In this document: piece after piece, positions 46,901 through 60,838 of the stretch | Numbering within the stretch: the stretch's first letter is position 1 | Layout of the letters: each line of letters starts with the position of its first letter | NCBI GenBank assembly: GCA_907165135.1 | Contig: OU015568.1 | Span: 14,891,208-14,955,207, forward strand | Direction of reading: 5' to 3' | Source of the DNA: Oikopleura dioica | Taxonomy: Eukaryota; Animalia; Chordata | Length of the DNA: 64,000 bases | Translations under genes and position numbers: made by a program | Notes under the pieces: model-generated | The model's database searches: none | What the model was told of the DNA's origin: nothing | Seen by the model: only the letters and a program-made list of their open reading frames with translations

Positions 46901-49701
46901 ATATGTAAAGCATCTTTTCCGTGATGAAAGAATATAAAGTCTTTTATTCTGCTGTAAAGAATGATATAAACAAAGGCTTTCGAGTTTGGGTAGTCTATAT
47001 TTTAGTAAATGAATGTTTGATTTAAAAATTGTTTATAAGAATAATGTTTTTGCTTAAAACTTGTCCTTCTTTCCCTCGCATCGTGCCTTCGTTATTTTCT
47101 GCAATAACATTTTCGTAATAATTCTTCAAAAATGCCATGTAATTTCGAAAAAGCAAGACGCTCAAAAGCAAAATGAAAAGTTGACTCAAGTTTAGTGATC
47201 ACGAGGTGCCACTCCTTGGACATAAGCGTCCAGGTTTACCGACGGATTCGGTTCCCCTAGCCCGTTGCCAATATGTTCAGTAAATTTGAGGGTTAAGGTT
47301 TTGTTAATACCCGTGGTTTTGAATTTACAGAATAGAAGGTGTCGTACTCGAAGTTGGCCCCATTGTTGTTACAGACTGTAACTTACAGTACCGATGATCG
47401 TTTGGGCAAATGCCATTGTATTTTTACTGGAGTCTTAGTCAATGACCGACGATTAAAACGATGAGGTCGATGTTTATTTATTTAAGCATGGTCATCAAAA
47501 CGAGGGACACTGACTCTGTTTGTGACCGCAAAATGATTTAAAAACATCCAAAATAAAGGTCTCTCTTTTTCCTTCAATGTTTGATTAATCGAACTTCGCT
47601 TTCCTTGTAGCAAACTCGCCTAACATGCAGATAGCAAGCGATAGGCAGTAAATTTGCCGACGTTAGCTGAAAGTTATTGTCCCTCTATTTACCCGTAAGC
47701 TGACCTCTTACTACGAAGTGCATGTGGACGTTCTTACTTTAGTTGAATCGTGCATCCTTCTAACGTCAGCGGATGACTTTGAAAGCACGTGATCAATAAA
47801 CCCAAGAGGCGACACCGGTTGGGTACGATCGAATGTGCAACCTTTCTGTTTCGACGCATATTTTCATAATTCGAAAATTATCATTCTTCTTCCTCTCCTC
47901 CGACATACCGTACGTTCTTTCCATTACGATACGTTCAGCAGAACTAATTCGAATACTGGAAATCCAAAGAGTCAGAATTCTGCTGATAATTCAATTAATT
48001 TTAAGTTATCTTTTCAAACAAAGTTTGAAATTATTCAATTTCACGTAGTCCTTCGAAACTTTACATGGTTAATCCAATTGGTTTCAATGATGAACTTTTA
48101 TGTTCAATCGAGCTTGTTTTGACTGGCTTGGAATGAAGTCTCGATGAATTTGAAACTGTCTCCAATCTGCGTCCATCGACTAGGAGCCAGGAACGCTGGC
48201 GTCACTGCCATTTGTATTGGTGAATCGACAGAGAATCTTTCTACAGTTTTTGTCGGAGAAAGACTGACATTTTGATCACTGAAAAGCCGTCCCATGCCCC
48301 TTTCGATGTAAATTGCGCTTGACTCTGCTCATTGCGCGTTTTTCTCAAGGGTAACTACTGAACCCGAGGTCGGTGAGGTAGCTGGGTAGTGTGTGGTGGC
48401 TTCACTGCACTTCAATTCTCTGAGCGGAGTCATAGGCCGTCGCGGTGGCGCTCAGCGCGATGCCGCAGCGCCACCTCCGCGCTTGAACTTGGCGATGTCT
48501 TTTATGGCGCAGGGATGTTATGATCTTGCCTCGCCAATCGGGTTCTAATTTTCTTGGCACTGCCACAACGCACTCGCCACGCGCCCAGAGAGGACCAGAA
48601 GAGCCCCACAAAAATGAGGAAAAGGACCTATATTTTTAAGCCTTGTCTGCGAACCTCACCAAGAGCGGTGAGGTAGAGAGCTGTTAACCCCACATGGCCT
48701 CATGCAGCGGGCAAGTTCCATGAGGCCCATGTGCTCCTGAACCAGCACCGCAGGGAAAGAAGCTTCTCGAGCCTGCTGAGGCCGATGACGAGAGCTTACA
48801 ATTGAGTTTTTGAGAGAAGAACGCTGAAAACACTGGGGTCACCTGTCAGAGATGCTCGCTCTATTTGAACGTGGCCGGGCAGCGTGCCAGATGAGGGCGT
48901 TGGCGAGTAGCCAGCAGAGGACCGCGCACAAGTAGAACAGTAAAGAGATAAAAGCCGGGGAATAGCCGTGATATTCAATGTTCTACCAGATTTACTGTAA
49001 GTTTTGCATTTTCCTCAAGAGATTTTTTTCTTCATTGAGCTTAATACGGCCGGAAACGATTTCCTTACGTTATTTTATGAAACGGAAATGGTCCGTTGTC
49101 GATTTTTAAATTTGCTTTGAATACCTTATTCCAACGGGACGGGTACAGCCGTTGTCAGGAGGCCAGGAATTAGTCAAGTCAGAACTAGTGCAGGCCAGCA
49201 TCGTAATCCCTTGTTTTGTTTGGTTTGCGCAAATGCTTACGTTCCTAGTTAAGATCTTGTTTATCAAGGACTTAAATTTCTACACTTTGTTGTTGATAAG
49301 CACAATGGATTAGATGACTATCCTCGAACCTTTTATCCACATCATGTGGATGATGTTTTTATGAAAAATATCCTTATAACGAGGCTTAAAATGTAGCTGG
49401 AAAGGGAGCTTTGTTTATTTTGGGGAAACCCTTTCTGGATCCACCGTAGAGAATAGATGTTTATGATCATTTCTGTACTAATCGTTCTTTTTAGGGAGGT
49501 GTAGTGATTGTTTCTCACGACTCCAGACTCATCTGCGAAACGGAATGCCAACTTTGGGTTGTTGAAGAACAAACCATCAACGAAATCGACGGCGACTTCG
49601 ACGACTACAGAGAAGAGATCCTCAAGGAACTTGGTGAAGAGATCAACGCCCTTGGTGCTACAGGAGATAACCGAGATGATTCCGATTCCTATTCAGACTG
49701 A
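37919..49701 (+). CDS. ABCF1: ABC-F family translation factor ABCF1 (ABC50), about 11 exons
   Basis: K/E-rich N-terminus; [39 protein letters not shown]; second ABC domain [36 protein letters not shown]. Large introns 40020-40986, 42119-42706, 42811-45373, 45843-49494. Confidence 0.97.
40385..40696. mobile_element. Candidate MITE with ~20-bp TIRs and TA TSD in an ABCF1 intron
   Basis: aactctgcattggaatt (40387-40403) versus aattccaatgcagagtt (40678-40694); TA at 40383-84 and 40697-98; internal aaaaccgg repeats. Confidence 0.5.
43139..44097. mobile_element. 959-bp palindromic hAT-like non-autonomous element (453-bp arms, 53-bp spacer, 8-bp TSD)
   Basis: Ends TAGGGG...CCCCTA; TSD agcatgcc at 43131-43138 and 44098-44105; arms 43139-43591 and 43645-44097 differ only by scattered substitutions. 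Confidence 0.92.
46066..46110. repeat. Perfect 14-bp hairpin in the last ABCF1 intron
   Basis: atctaccctaccca / tgggtagggtagat with 17-nt loop. Confidence 0.7.
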
Positions 49702-50066
49702 GCCTTCATGCTGTCAAGCGCCGGTCATTTCAGGAGCTACCAAAGTTAAACTCTGTACAAATCGATAACCAGAGCAAAAGCTCCTACCTAGGCTAATTCT
49801 AATTAAACCTATTTATTCGTAAATATATACGTTTACGCCTCGAGATCCATCTGGTGATGGGTCTATTTTTTATTTATGAAAAAGTTCAGTTTCCCAATCT
49901 TTAAAAAGAGAATCTTCTTCATAACTTCTTTCTGTTGCTCAATCCCCCTAATATAGGTTATTTTTCTTTCTATGCCATGAATCAGCCACTCAACCATGAA
50001 ATATTTATTACATAAAAATCATGCTAAGTATCCAAAATTAATCCTCGTTGATTTCAGATCGTTCTC

Positions 50067-51764
50067 ATGAACTCAAATGGAGTTATAATGGAACCAGGCG
50101 TAATCGTTCTCGGTGTCACCTCACTAGATGGGAGTAAAAAGCACAGATTCAGAATTCGAGATGTAAGTCGCCCAGGTCACATGACCCCAAAGTAAATAAT
50201 GTATGTCTAACTCTCTCTTTTCAGACGGATACTATGCGAAAACTGATCGAAACATATGCTAAAATGGAAAACGTCTCTCCCGATTCAATCCAACTAATCC
50301 ACAAGGGCCAGCCTGTGAACGGCTCTGATGTGCCCAAAATGCTCGACCTGCAGTCGATGGAGATACTCGAAGTCTGTCGAGTTCCCGGAGTCGACACAAC
50401 CCCACCGCCGCCACCAAAGTCAGCGAGCCCCGCGGCCAATCACATGAGTGTGGAAGAAAAGTCAGGTACTACTACAACTACTACCGTCGCGCATTGGTAC
50501 GATGCCAGCGCCCTTGTATGTGGTCAAAACAATGCAGGCTTGTTCGACATGTTCGATTAGCCTGCCTTGGGTTGAAATTGTCACTAGCGAGAAAAACATA
50601 GAACGAGAAAAGCGAGAGCGCGAAATAAATTGATAAATAGATTTTTAAAAAGATGTCTTCAGGAAGCAGCGCCTCGCCAGAAGAAATCAACAAGCCAATT
50701 TTAAACGGGCTCCAGGACATTGAGTCGAAGCCGCTCCTTCAGAACCTCCAGTCAGAGTACATCAACCGAATCCTGTCAAACACGCTGGCGGCGAACCAGA
50801 ACGGGGTTCAACCACCCGCCCGTGCATCCCCTAAACGGCCCGCTCCGCCACCAGATCCCCCAATGAAGAACTCTCATCTCAACCTCGAGATGTTCAACTA
50901 TCCCTTCCCAGCCAACGTGTCTCCAAATCAAGTAAACCCACTCCTAACCTCAAACAACAACAACAGCCGGAAGATAAACGAACTCGAGCTCGAACTCACC
51001 CAGGCCAAAGTAAAACTTATCGAAATGATGCGCCATATGCAATTTCTCCAAGCTAAGCTAATTCTCACCGAAAATGAAAACAAAGAAAAGGAGCGCCTTC
51101 TCAAGCAAAAAGACAAGACAATGGACAACTTGCGGATGGAGCTGCAGCGGAGAGAGCAGATCTTCCGCGCATATGGCCTCGCCAGCGATTCCCACCGCTC
51201 CAAAGCTAATCACAACCCAAATACTAGCTCCGCCCTGGCCTCGGTCAATCCAAAGCCGATCGCCAACGCCAGAACAAGAACTTCCAGTACAAGCCAGCCG
51301 ACGCCGAATTACATGTCTGTAATTCAAACGCTCGACAGCGCAGCCCGAAACTCACCCAAAAGCGCAGGCAGCGCGGGCAGCAATGTCTCCAGGTAATAAT
51401 AATGACAGTTTAACGATGACATAGCTACAGTAGAAATGACCTTGGCGAAGGCGTCCTCCGCGGAGAGCCAGAACTAATGAATTATCGCAAAAGGACCGAA
51501 ATTAGCCTAGTAAAACCAATAGCCGCAGACTCGAGATAATATGCATAAAGGCCAACTCCGCAATCCCTTTCCACTTGATACGGATTTACGTTTTCGCTAA
51601 TCTCACTCGTGCTCAAAAATCAGGTAGTACTTGTACTGAAACAAGTTCACCCACGCGGCCGTAGTTGGAATCACAGTCTAGTTTATTTCTCATGCTGACA
51701 TTTTCGTTTTAGGCAAAGCGACATCGTGCTGAATCGCACCGCCCCGGGTCCAAGTTGGAAATGA
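50067..51764 (+). CDS. Protein with N-terminal SUMO-like domain, Pro-rich linker and coiled coil
   Basis: IVLGVTSLDGSKKHRFRIRD|TDTMRKLIETY...LIHKGQPV...VPKMLDLQSMEILEV; probable intron 50465-50660 joins to ORF 50653; last exon ends at 51764. Confidence 0.65.
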
Positions 51765-53391
51765 GCCTCACCGTCAAAAATGTCTTCTCATCCGCTCCTT
51801 ATTTATTTCTTCAATATCGCTTGAACGCTTTCGCTTCACTCAAGTTGTGGATGAAAAACAAGGTGACTTACAAAACAGCTAGAATGATGACCCAGGATCA
51901 GCAAGCTCTCACATCACTTCTTGTGCTACCGTATTTATTAATTTTATCATCAACAAAAACAAAACAAAAGGGAAAACACTTGTGCTTCTTAAAAAATTCT
52001 TGACTTCTACAAAAACAAAAACAACTTTCAACTTCTATTCTATATCTACTGTTCTTTCGCGGCCTAAATTATTCTTCTTTTATATATTTTTCTTTCCACC
52101 GATACACCTCGTTTTTGAAGTTATCAAATGTATTGAATTGGGAAAAGTAAAGTTACTTCCTGAAACAGATAAATTGGTGAGGCATGCTTTCACTCATCTT
52201 GTACCCAAACATAATGACAATTTTACTACTGGTGACTACTGTATTTTCTAACTGCCTCGCGCTTGGATTTCAACCACCCTATTTTTCTGAAAATGGCCAT
52301 TTAATTACAATTTTGTTCTCCTATAAATATTTTTTCCTCCTCTTCTTGGCTCCAATGCGTGGCGCACAATAAATCTTCTACCGTTTGGCTCCCTTTTTTG
52401 GCAGCCGGAAAAACTTTGAAACTGCTTGAAATTTTTCATTTTCTGGACCCCTCTTTTTGAATCTGAACTGCACTCTTCTCTGTTCCATAAATGAAGTTTC
52501 AATATATTTACAATACTTCTTTTTGTTCAAAAAATATTATTCAAAAACCTTGTTTGACTTCTTTCTTTTTGAAAATGGCAAATGCAAGCAATTGAAATCA
52601 AGGAAGAGTACCTCATTATAGCTCATCAGGCTCTATTTTCTCGCTCATATTTGACAGTAGTCATTCCAATAAAATTCAACCTCAATCAGCAGATATCATT
52701 TTGCAAGCTTTTCGCTCTAAGTATCCCTGGTGCCAAAAATGATCTTTCATAGCTCCTCAAAAAGACCTGAAATATTGAACCTCAGCTCCGAAAAAGTTTC
52801 CAACACAAAATCAATTTTATGATCTCAAAGTAAATTTTTCGTTCTCGCTCTCTTTTCGTACAGTTTTTTTTCTTCCTGCACTAAATACTCCTTGTTTTCA
52901 AAAAGATAAGACTGCCCTATTATTAGCAAAGTGCTATCAGGTACTCAGTACTGTATTTTTCTTAATCATTCTTACTATTTAATTGTGACCGCAGATTCTG
53001 AATTCATCCTTTGTCGATTGTTCAATTTTATGTAATAAAAGTATATATTTATGCAAAATCAGTCGGTTTTCTAGGCCAATTTCATACCTCATCATCATGA
53101 TTAGGTATTATGATAAACTCTTGGGAAAGAGACATTACTGTCAAACGGAGGACAAGTCATTATTATGATTAAAAATAGCCTAAAAAAGACTATCATAATT
53201 ATAGACGATAATTAGTCTCAAAACAAAGTCCACGTTTTCATATCAAAGTTATCTCCGGAGAAAAACCTGATTTAATGATCATTAGCATAAACTGACTTAG
53301 TGACAAAGTGTCTATCATTTCTCTTTCTGTTTTCAGGCTCAACAGGAGCTCACACTATTGCGAAATCAGCCTGTTCTTTTTCAGAATTAAC

Positions 53392-55566
<2,175 letters not shown>

Positions 55567-56069
55567 TCACCATCAACAGTATTTCACTACAGTTCACAAT
55601 TCTAGTACGAAAATCACCTTCATCTGCAATCGCGTGTTCACATAGTTGCCTTTTAACTATCTTCATTCCGTTTTTATACTGCATAAAATTATACTTCACT
55701 ATTTTCATACATCACAGAGAATTAAATAATAAAATTGATTTTTTTACTGGTTTTGTTTTAATCGTGCCTGTTTATGATGCGGTGGTCTTCTTGAGCAGCG
55801 AGTTGTGAAGGCTTTTTTTTATATTGTGGGAAGCTGATTGAGTTGAAAATACCATGTGAATCGATCAATTAATTGTGAATCACCGTCAAAATGAACTTTT
55901 GGTTGCAAAATCTACTGATGTCAGCGTTCCCATTGCAGGTGATAATCCATGTCCCGGATTCTAACCCTAGCAAGAGCGCCAAAACTTGCGCCGTCCGCAA
56001 GTTGAACTCGTAGACTCTGCTTTTCCTCATCACTTCTCTTTTCGAAAAAGTTGAAAAAAGTCGAGAGAA

Positions 56070-56816
56070 ATGCCACTGGCGCAGTTTGTTGCTTTGAAGC
56101 TCGAAAGTCCCGAAGATTCTGCTTGCGAATTTCAAACAAAGATTCTTCACTACGATTCCGAGCGCACAGTGTATTTTGAGTTCAGTTGTGGCTGCGTTTT
56201 CAAAGTAGATAGAACGACTTCTATTTCTCTAAGATACTATACCTTCTATGGTGAATGCCCGGTGCCTTGCGAAATTTTCCTGGAGACGTACAATGCTGCA
56301 TTGGAAAAATTCTTCAAGACGACGATTATACGAAAAGAAAAATCGCTTTGGAAAAGACAAGATTTCAAAAAGACAACCCACCGATTCTGTCCTGCTGATC
56401 CGGATTTTTATGTGAAAATGCACTCTATGATGACAAACTCCGAACAAGACATCATTAAAGCATTTCCTGTGCTTCCACTTTACTGGAATGAATTGACAGT
56501 TTTCTGGAGGAGCTTATGCCATCAAAAGAAGCTTGACTTTATCTGGACCGTCTGGTGCACGATTTTTCTTAATACTTCTACGATGCCGGTAGAAATGGCT
56601 ACCATTCGAAAAAGTCGACGGCTCCCGAAAAAGGCAAAGGAAGCTCTCCAAATCGTCGAAAGCCTAGATGAGAACCCAACGCAGACTGATGAACTTGTGC
56701 CCCTCTTTGCGGATGTATCTGTCAATGAGAAGAAGAAGAAGCAAAAGAAGAAGAACCCAAACAAGGGCAAGGCTCCGAATGCCATCCGGAAGTCTCAGAA
56801 GCCAGCGCGGCTCTAA
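56070..56816 (+). CDS. Intronless orphan ORF (248 aa) with basic C-terminal tail
   Basis: Long uninterrupted ORF between KATNA1 and ELAC1; no recognised domain. Confidence 0.65.
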   Translation: MPLAQFVALKLESPEDSACEFQTKILHYDSERTVYFEFSCGCVFKVDRTTSISLRYYTFYGECPVPCEIFLETYNAALEKFFKTTIIRKEKSLWKRQDFKKTTHRFCPADPDFYVKMHSMMTNSEQDIIKAFPVLPLYWNELTVFWRSLCHQKKLDFIWTVWCTIFLNTSTMPVEMATIRKSRRLPKKAKEALQIVESLDENPTQTDELVPLFADVSVNEKKKKQKKKNPNKGKAPNAIRKSQKPARL

Positions 56817-57238
56817 CTTTACAAAAGTAAGCAAAGATTTCCAAATTATCATTAAAATGCTTTCAGGGTCTAAATCGCTGTAAATACTACCAGAATATCC
56901 AGTAACCTGCCTCTCCTTTCCTTGTTAATAAGAAAACATCTTTCACTCCTATCGACGCAAGAAGAAGGTCAAAAAGTCTTTTACCAACAGCTCTCTGCTA
57001 AGGCATCATTTTCCCGCCAAAAATCTCCGTTCTTCATATATTGAAACCTCTCTCTTTCAAACTTCATATTGATCCTCTTCATTCCATTTGTTATTCATCG
57101 CGAAGCATAAAACAATAAACTTGATCTTTCAATTTTCTTTGTTTCACAAGTAGCTGACATTTATGATTATGGTTTTTATGAGTTTTGGTATTGTTTTGTT
57201 GTCAATCAGAAATTATCAAGTTTAGACGGGAGCTTGAG

Positions 57239-58807
57239 ATGTCAGATTTGCAGGTCACTTGTTTGGGAACCGCTTCCCAGCAACCAAGGTAGATCTTAGG
57301 GATTATATCCGTCGTTGAAGCAATATTCTAGCGTAAAGAGAGCGTTGAACAGCTGCGTTTACAGAAATAAAGGAATCTCCTATCTTGTCGATTGTGGTGA
57401 AGGTACTCAGTCTCAATTAACCGCGTCAGGGGTTCGTCCGAGTTCGATTAAAACAGTCCTGATCACGCACTTACACGGGGACCATTGTTTTGGCTTACCA
57501 GGCAGCGAAGAAAAAAACATTTGAAACTTTCAAATTCAAAGGTTAAATTCAATCCTGCCCTTTTCGGGCTACGCCCTTAATTTATGACTTTTTCTCAATC
57601 GAAAAGAGGGATGATGTGTCTGCTAGACGGCTCGCATCAACCAGACACAAAGCTTGTTTCCGAAGCTAGAGATACGAATTCGTTGATGGAAGCGGTAAAG
57701 AAAGTGAAATACGAATACCCAACGATAGAAGTTTACGGCCCAGTCGGTCTTCGGAGATATCTAAGAGTAGCTCTGCAGCTTTCCCGCTCTCGTCTCGCCT
57801 GTAAATATGTCGTGCATGAACTTGTTCCAACAAAAGCTCAAGTCGAGGGATCTCATCCTTCCTTTGAATCCTGGAATCCTCCAGCAAACGACGATTTCGA
57901 ACGGTATTACAACGAGCTTCCTGGTAAGTAGTCAATAAATACTGGAAAGTAACTGCTCCTTGCCAGGGCGGCAAATCTACCCAGAAAACTTCCACGGGCA
58001 AAATATCTGGAAACTGTGCAAAGATGGAAATAACGTGACAGTCACGGCAGTTGAGCTTCTCCATCACGCGCCTTCCTTCGGATTTGTCTTCGAAGAATCA
58101 TCGGTGAAAGGTCTTTTAGATAAAGACAGATTAGCTGAATTTGGACTGAGAAATTCTCCGCTTTGCGGAAAACTTGCGCGAGGAATGGAGGTCGAACATG
58201 ATGGGAGGATTATTAAACCATGTGATGTGCAGCGGCCGGAAGTGAAAGGAAGAAAAGTAGCAATTTTGGGCGATTCTCGTGATAGGTAAAGAGAAGATCC
58301 TCTTTCTTGGAAGATTAAGTCTTCAGTAATTTAGCGAGTAACTACTGTCATGAAGCAGATTTGATCATGCACGAGGCGACGCTAGAAAATGACCTGGAAA
58401 GTACGGCTATTGAGCATGGTCATTCAACACCAAGGTATGAATTATTGTTCCCAGTCTACCAGTTCCGCCGTTTGCTAGTATAAGCACTTATAAAAGAAAT
58501 CGTAACAAAAGGCCGCAAAATAAGATTTTCTTAGATTGGCTGTAGAATTTGCTAGAAAGTGCGGCGCGAGAAAGCTCGTTTTGAACCACTTTTCACAGCG
58601 CTACAGATCGGAGAAAGATGAAAAATACGATTTAGAGGAGAGCATTACTGACCGAATTTTATTGACACAAGGTGACTTTTCAATTTGTCGAATATCAGCT
58701 TATGAATTTTTATAGCGAAACAAAGCGCGCTGGAACTTGGCGAGAGTGAAGACTTTGTTGACATTGCGAGAGACTTGAAAGTGATTGACGTGCTACGCGC
58801 AAAGTAG
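57239..58807 (+). CDS. ELAC1: RNase Z short form (ELAC1-type)
   Basis: [41 protein letters not shown]...[35 protein letters not shown]. Confidence 0.9.
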
Positions 58808-58881
58808 CTTTTGACATTTTTAGTGACGATTTTTTTCTTTTAGAATTTGATCTGTGGAAGTTGAATTTTCGGAGCTCAAAA

Positions 58882-60396
58882 ATGATCGGTGTCAGTTTTT
58901 CGTTTTTGACCTTGTTGGCGGTGTCAAAGGCGCAGGAAGAGATCACGAGCGCGACGATAGAAGCAAAGCCGATTGAGAAGTCGAGATGTGGAAGAGAGTA
59001 CTTTTGCTTCAGGTTTGTTTTACGTTGAAAATGACAATTCTATCCCTTTTAGTTTTGATTGCGAGTTTGGCGAAGAAAATTGCCCTTATGTAGCTTGGAA
59101 AGAAACAGAAGAAAATGAAGACTTCGTGACAGTCAAGCTGTTCTACAACTCTCCAAGCCCCGCCTATGTTGCTATTGGATTCAGTAGAGATAAATCAATG
59201 GGCCAAGATGATATCTTTTTCTGTCAAAGAAATGAGCAGAATCAAGTTGCCATTGTTTCGTCGTTCTCGAGAGGAATGTCGAAACCGACGAATCTGGGAA
59301 GTACAAATGTTGAACCAGAAACAAGTAAGTATTCAGTCCTTTTTTGTGTTTTTTATCTCTTTCTATTAAGGGTTGACGAATATCGGACTTGGAAGTGATG
59401 GAAATACATTTTTCTGCGAATTTGATCGACCGAAGAGCCTCGTCAAGGACAATATTGTTTACGATCTTGCTGACGGGGACTGGTTCGTTCTTCTTGCCAC
59501 TGGTGCTGTTGGTGGCAGTCAAGCATACCACGGTGGAGTAAACAGAGCAGCGTCTTCAATTTCATGGAAACTTTCGGATCCTCCACTGGATTTCTTCGGC
59601 GACGCGCTTGATATTTCTGCGATGAAGATTCATGCGATTTTGATGTTCGTCGCTTGGGGCATTCTAGTCCCGTCCGGGTATGAAAAAACAAGTTTGAGGA
59701 ACTTCAGTTTTGAAATTTTAGCTTGTTTATCGGTCGTTTTTTCAAACGCGGTTATCCAAAGAAAATGGTAAAATCGAAGCCAATCTGGTTTCAATTTCAT
59801 CGATTATTGATGGTCCTCTCTGGTGAGAAAAAAACAGCCGCGAGCTACAAGCACTAACTTTTTGATTCTAGTGATTTTGACGATCGTGGGAATCATCCTC
59901 ATTTTTGTGAATCGACAGGGTTGGTCTGAAAGCGCCGCTGAAAATGGACATGCTTTTGCTGGAATCATCGTTTTTGCTTTTGGATTGATGAATCCGATTA
60001 TTGCCATGTTCCGTCCTGATCCTGACTCAGGCAAGAAACGATAATCATTTTCAAGAGAAATACTGTTTCTTAGAAAACCGAAAGTACTTCAACGTCTGCC
60101 ACCATTCCATCGGCTACCTCGCTCAAGTAGGCGCCGTTGTAGCAATTTTCCTCGGATTCGATCTAGCCGTCTACGACTTGGAATTCGTCTCCACTCAAAT
60201 CTACGCAGCTTTCATCGTCATTTCTGCGATCATTTCAATCTTACTCGAGCTCTTCAAGGGAAGAGTGGAAAAGGCTTCCTTCGCTGGAATCAATGTGTAT
60301 TCCATTTGTTCTGCTGTTTATTTTATGATTCTTTTGCCGTTTACTATCACTCTTCTTGTTCATATCGGAAGATTTGACGGATCTACTGATGAATAA
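58882..60396 (+). CDS. FRRS1: DOMON plus cytochrome b561 ferric-chelate reductase (FRRS1-like, no reeler domain)
   Basis: Signal peptide; YVAIGFSRDKSMGQDD; KIHAILMFVAW, WFQFHRLLM, GHAFAG, MFRPDP..RKYFN..HHSIG. Confidence 0.82.
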
Positions 60397-60838
60397 AAAA
60401 TACCTATCGCTTTAATTTATTTCCCATTCCAATTACCGAAGAAATCTTCTTTCTGGAAAGATTTTTTCTCTGCGAAAGACTATTTTCACAAAGATAGAGT
60501 GCATCAAGATCGTTGATTTCCGCGGTAATCATTTTTTCTAGTAAACTAATCCTAAATCAATACTTATCCCAGCCAATACTTCATTACGAGCTTGAATCCG
60601 ACCATTTTTTCCGATAACAATCACTTCTATCTTCATCTTTAATGCATGAAACATCGGGTGCTTCTTTTGCATGCATTCTATCCTTTCTTTGCGAAACTGT
60701 ACATAATTTCTTTTTACTGATCTTATCCTTCAACAATCTGATGCAATAAAAATATTTCTTATTTATCTTAAAAACAAAAATCTAAAGACTTATTAAGTCT
60801 TCAAGAAAGCCGGACTCGAATATTGTAAATTATAATGA

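Noticed and set aside
48366-48420. let-7-like seed TGAGGTAG
   Set aside because: The seed end has no complementary arm, so no credible pre-miRNA hairpin; the second copy near 48670 also fails.
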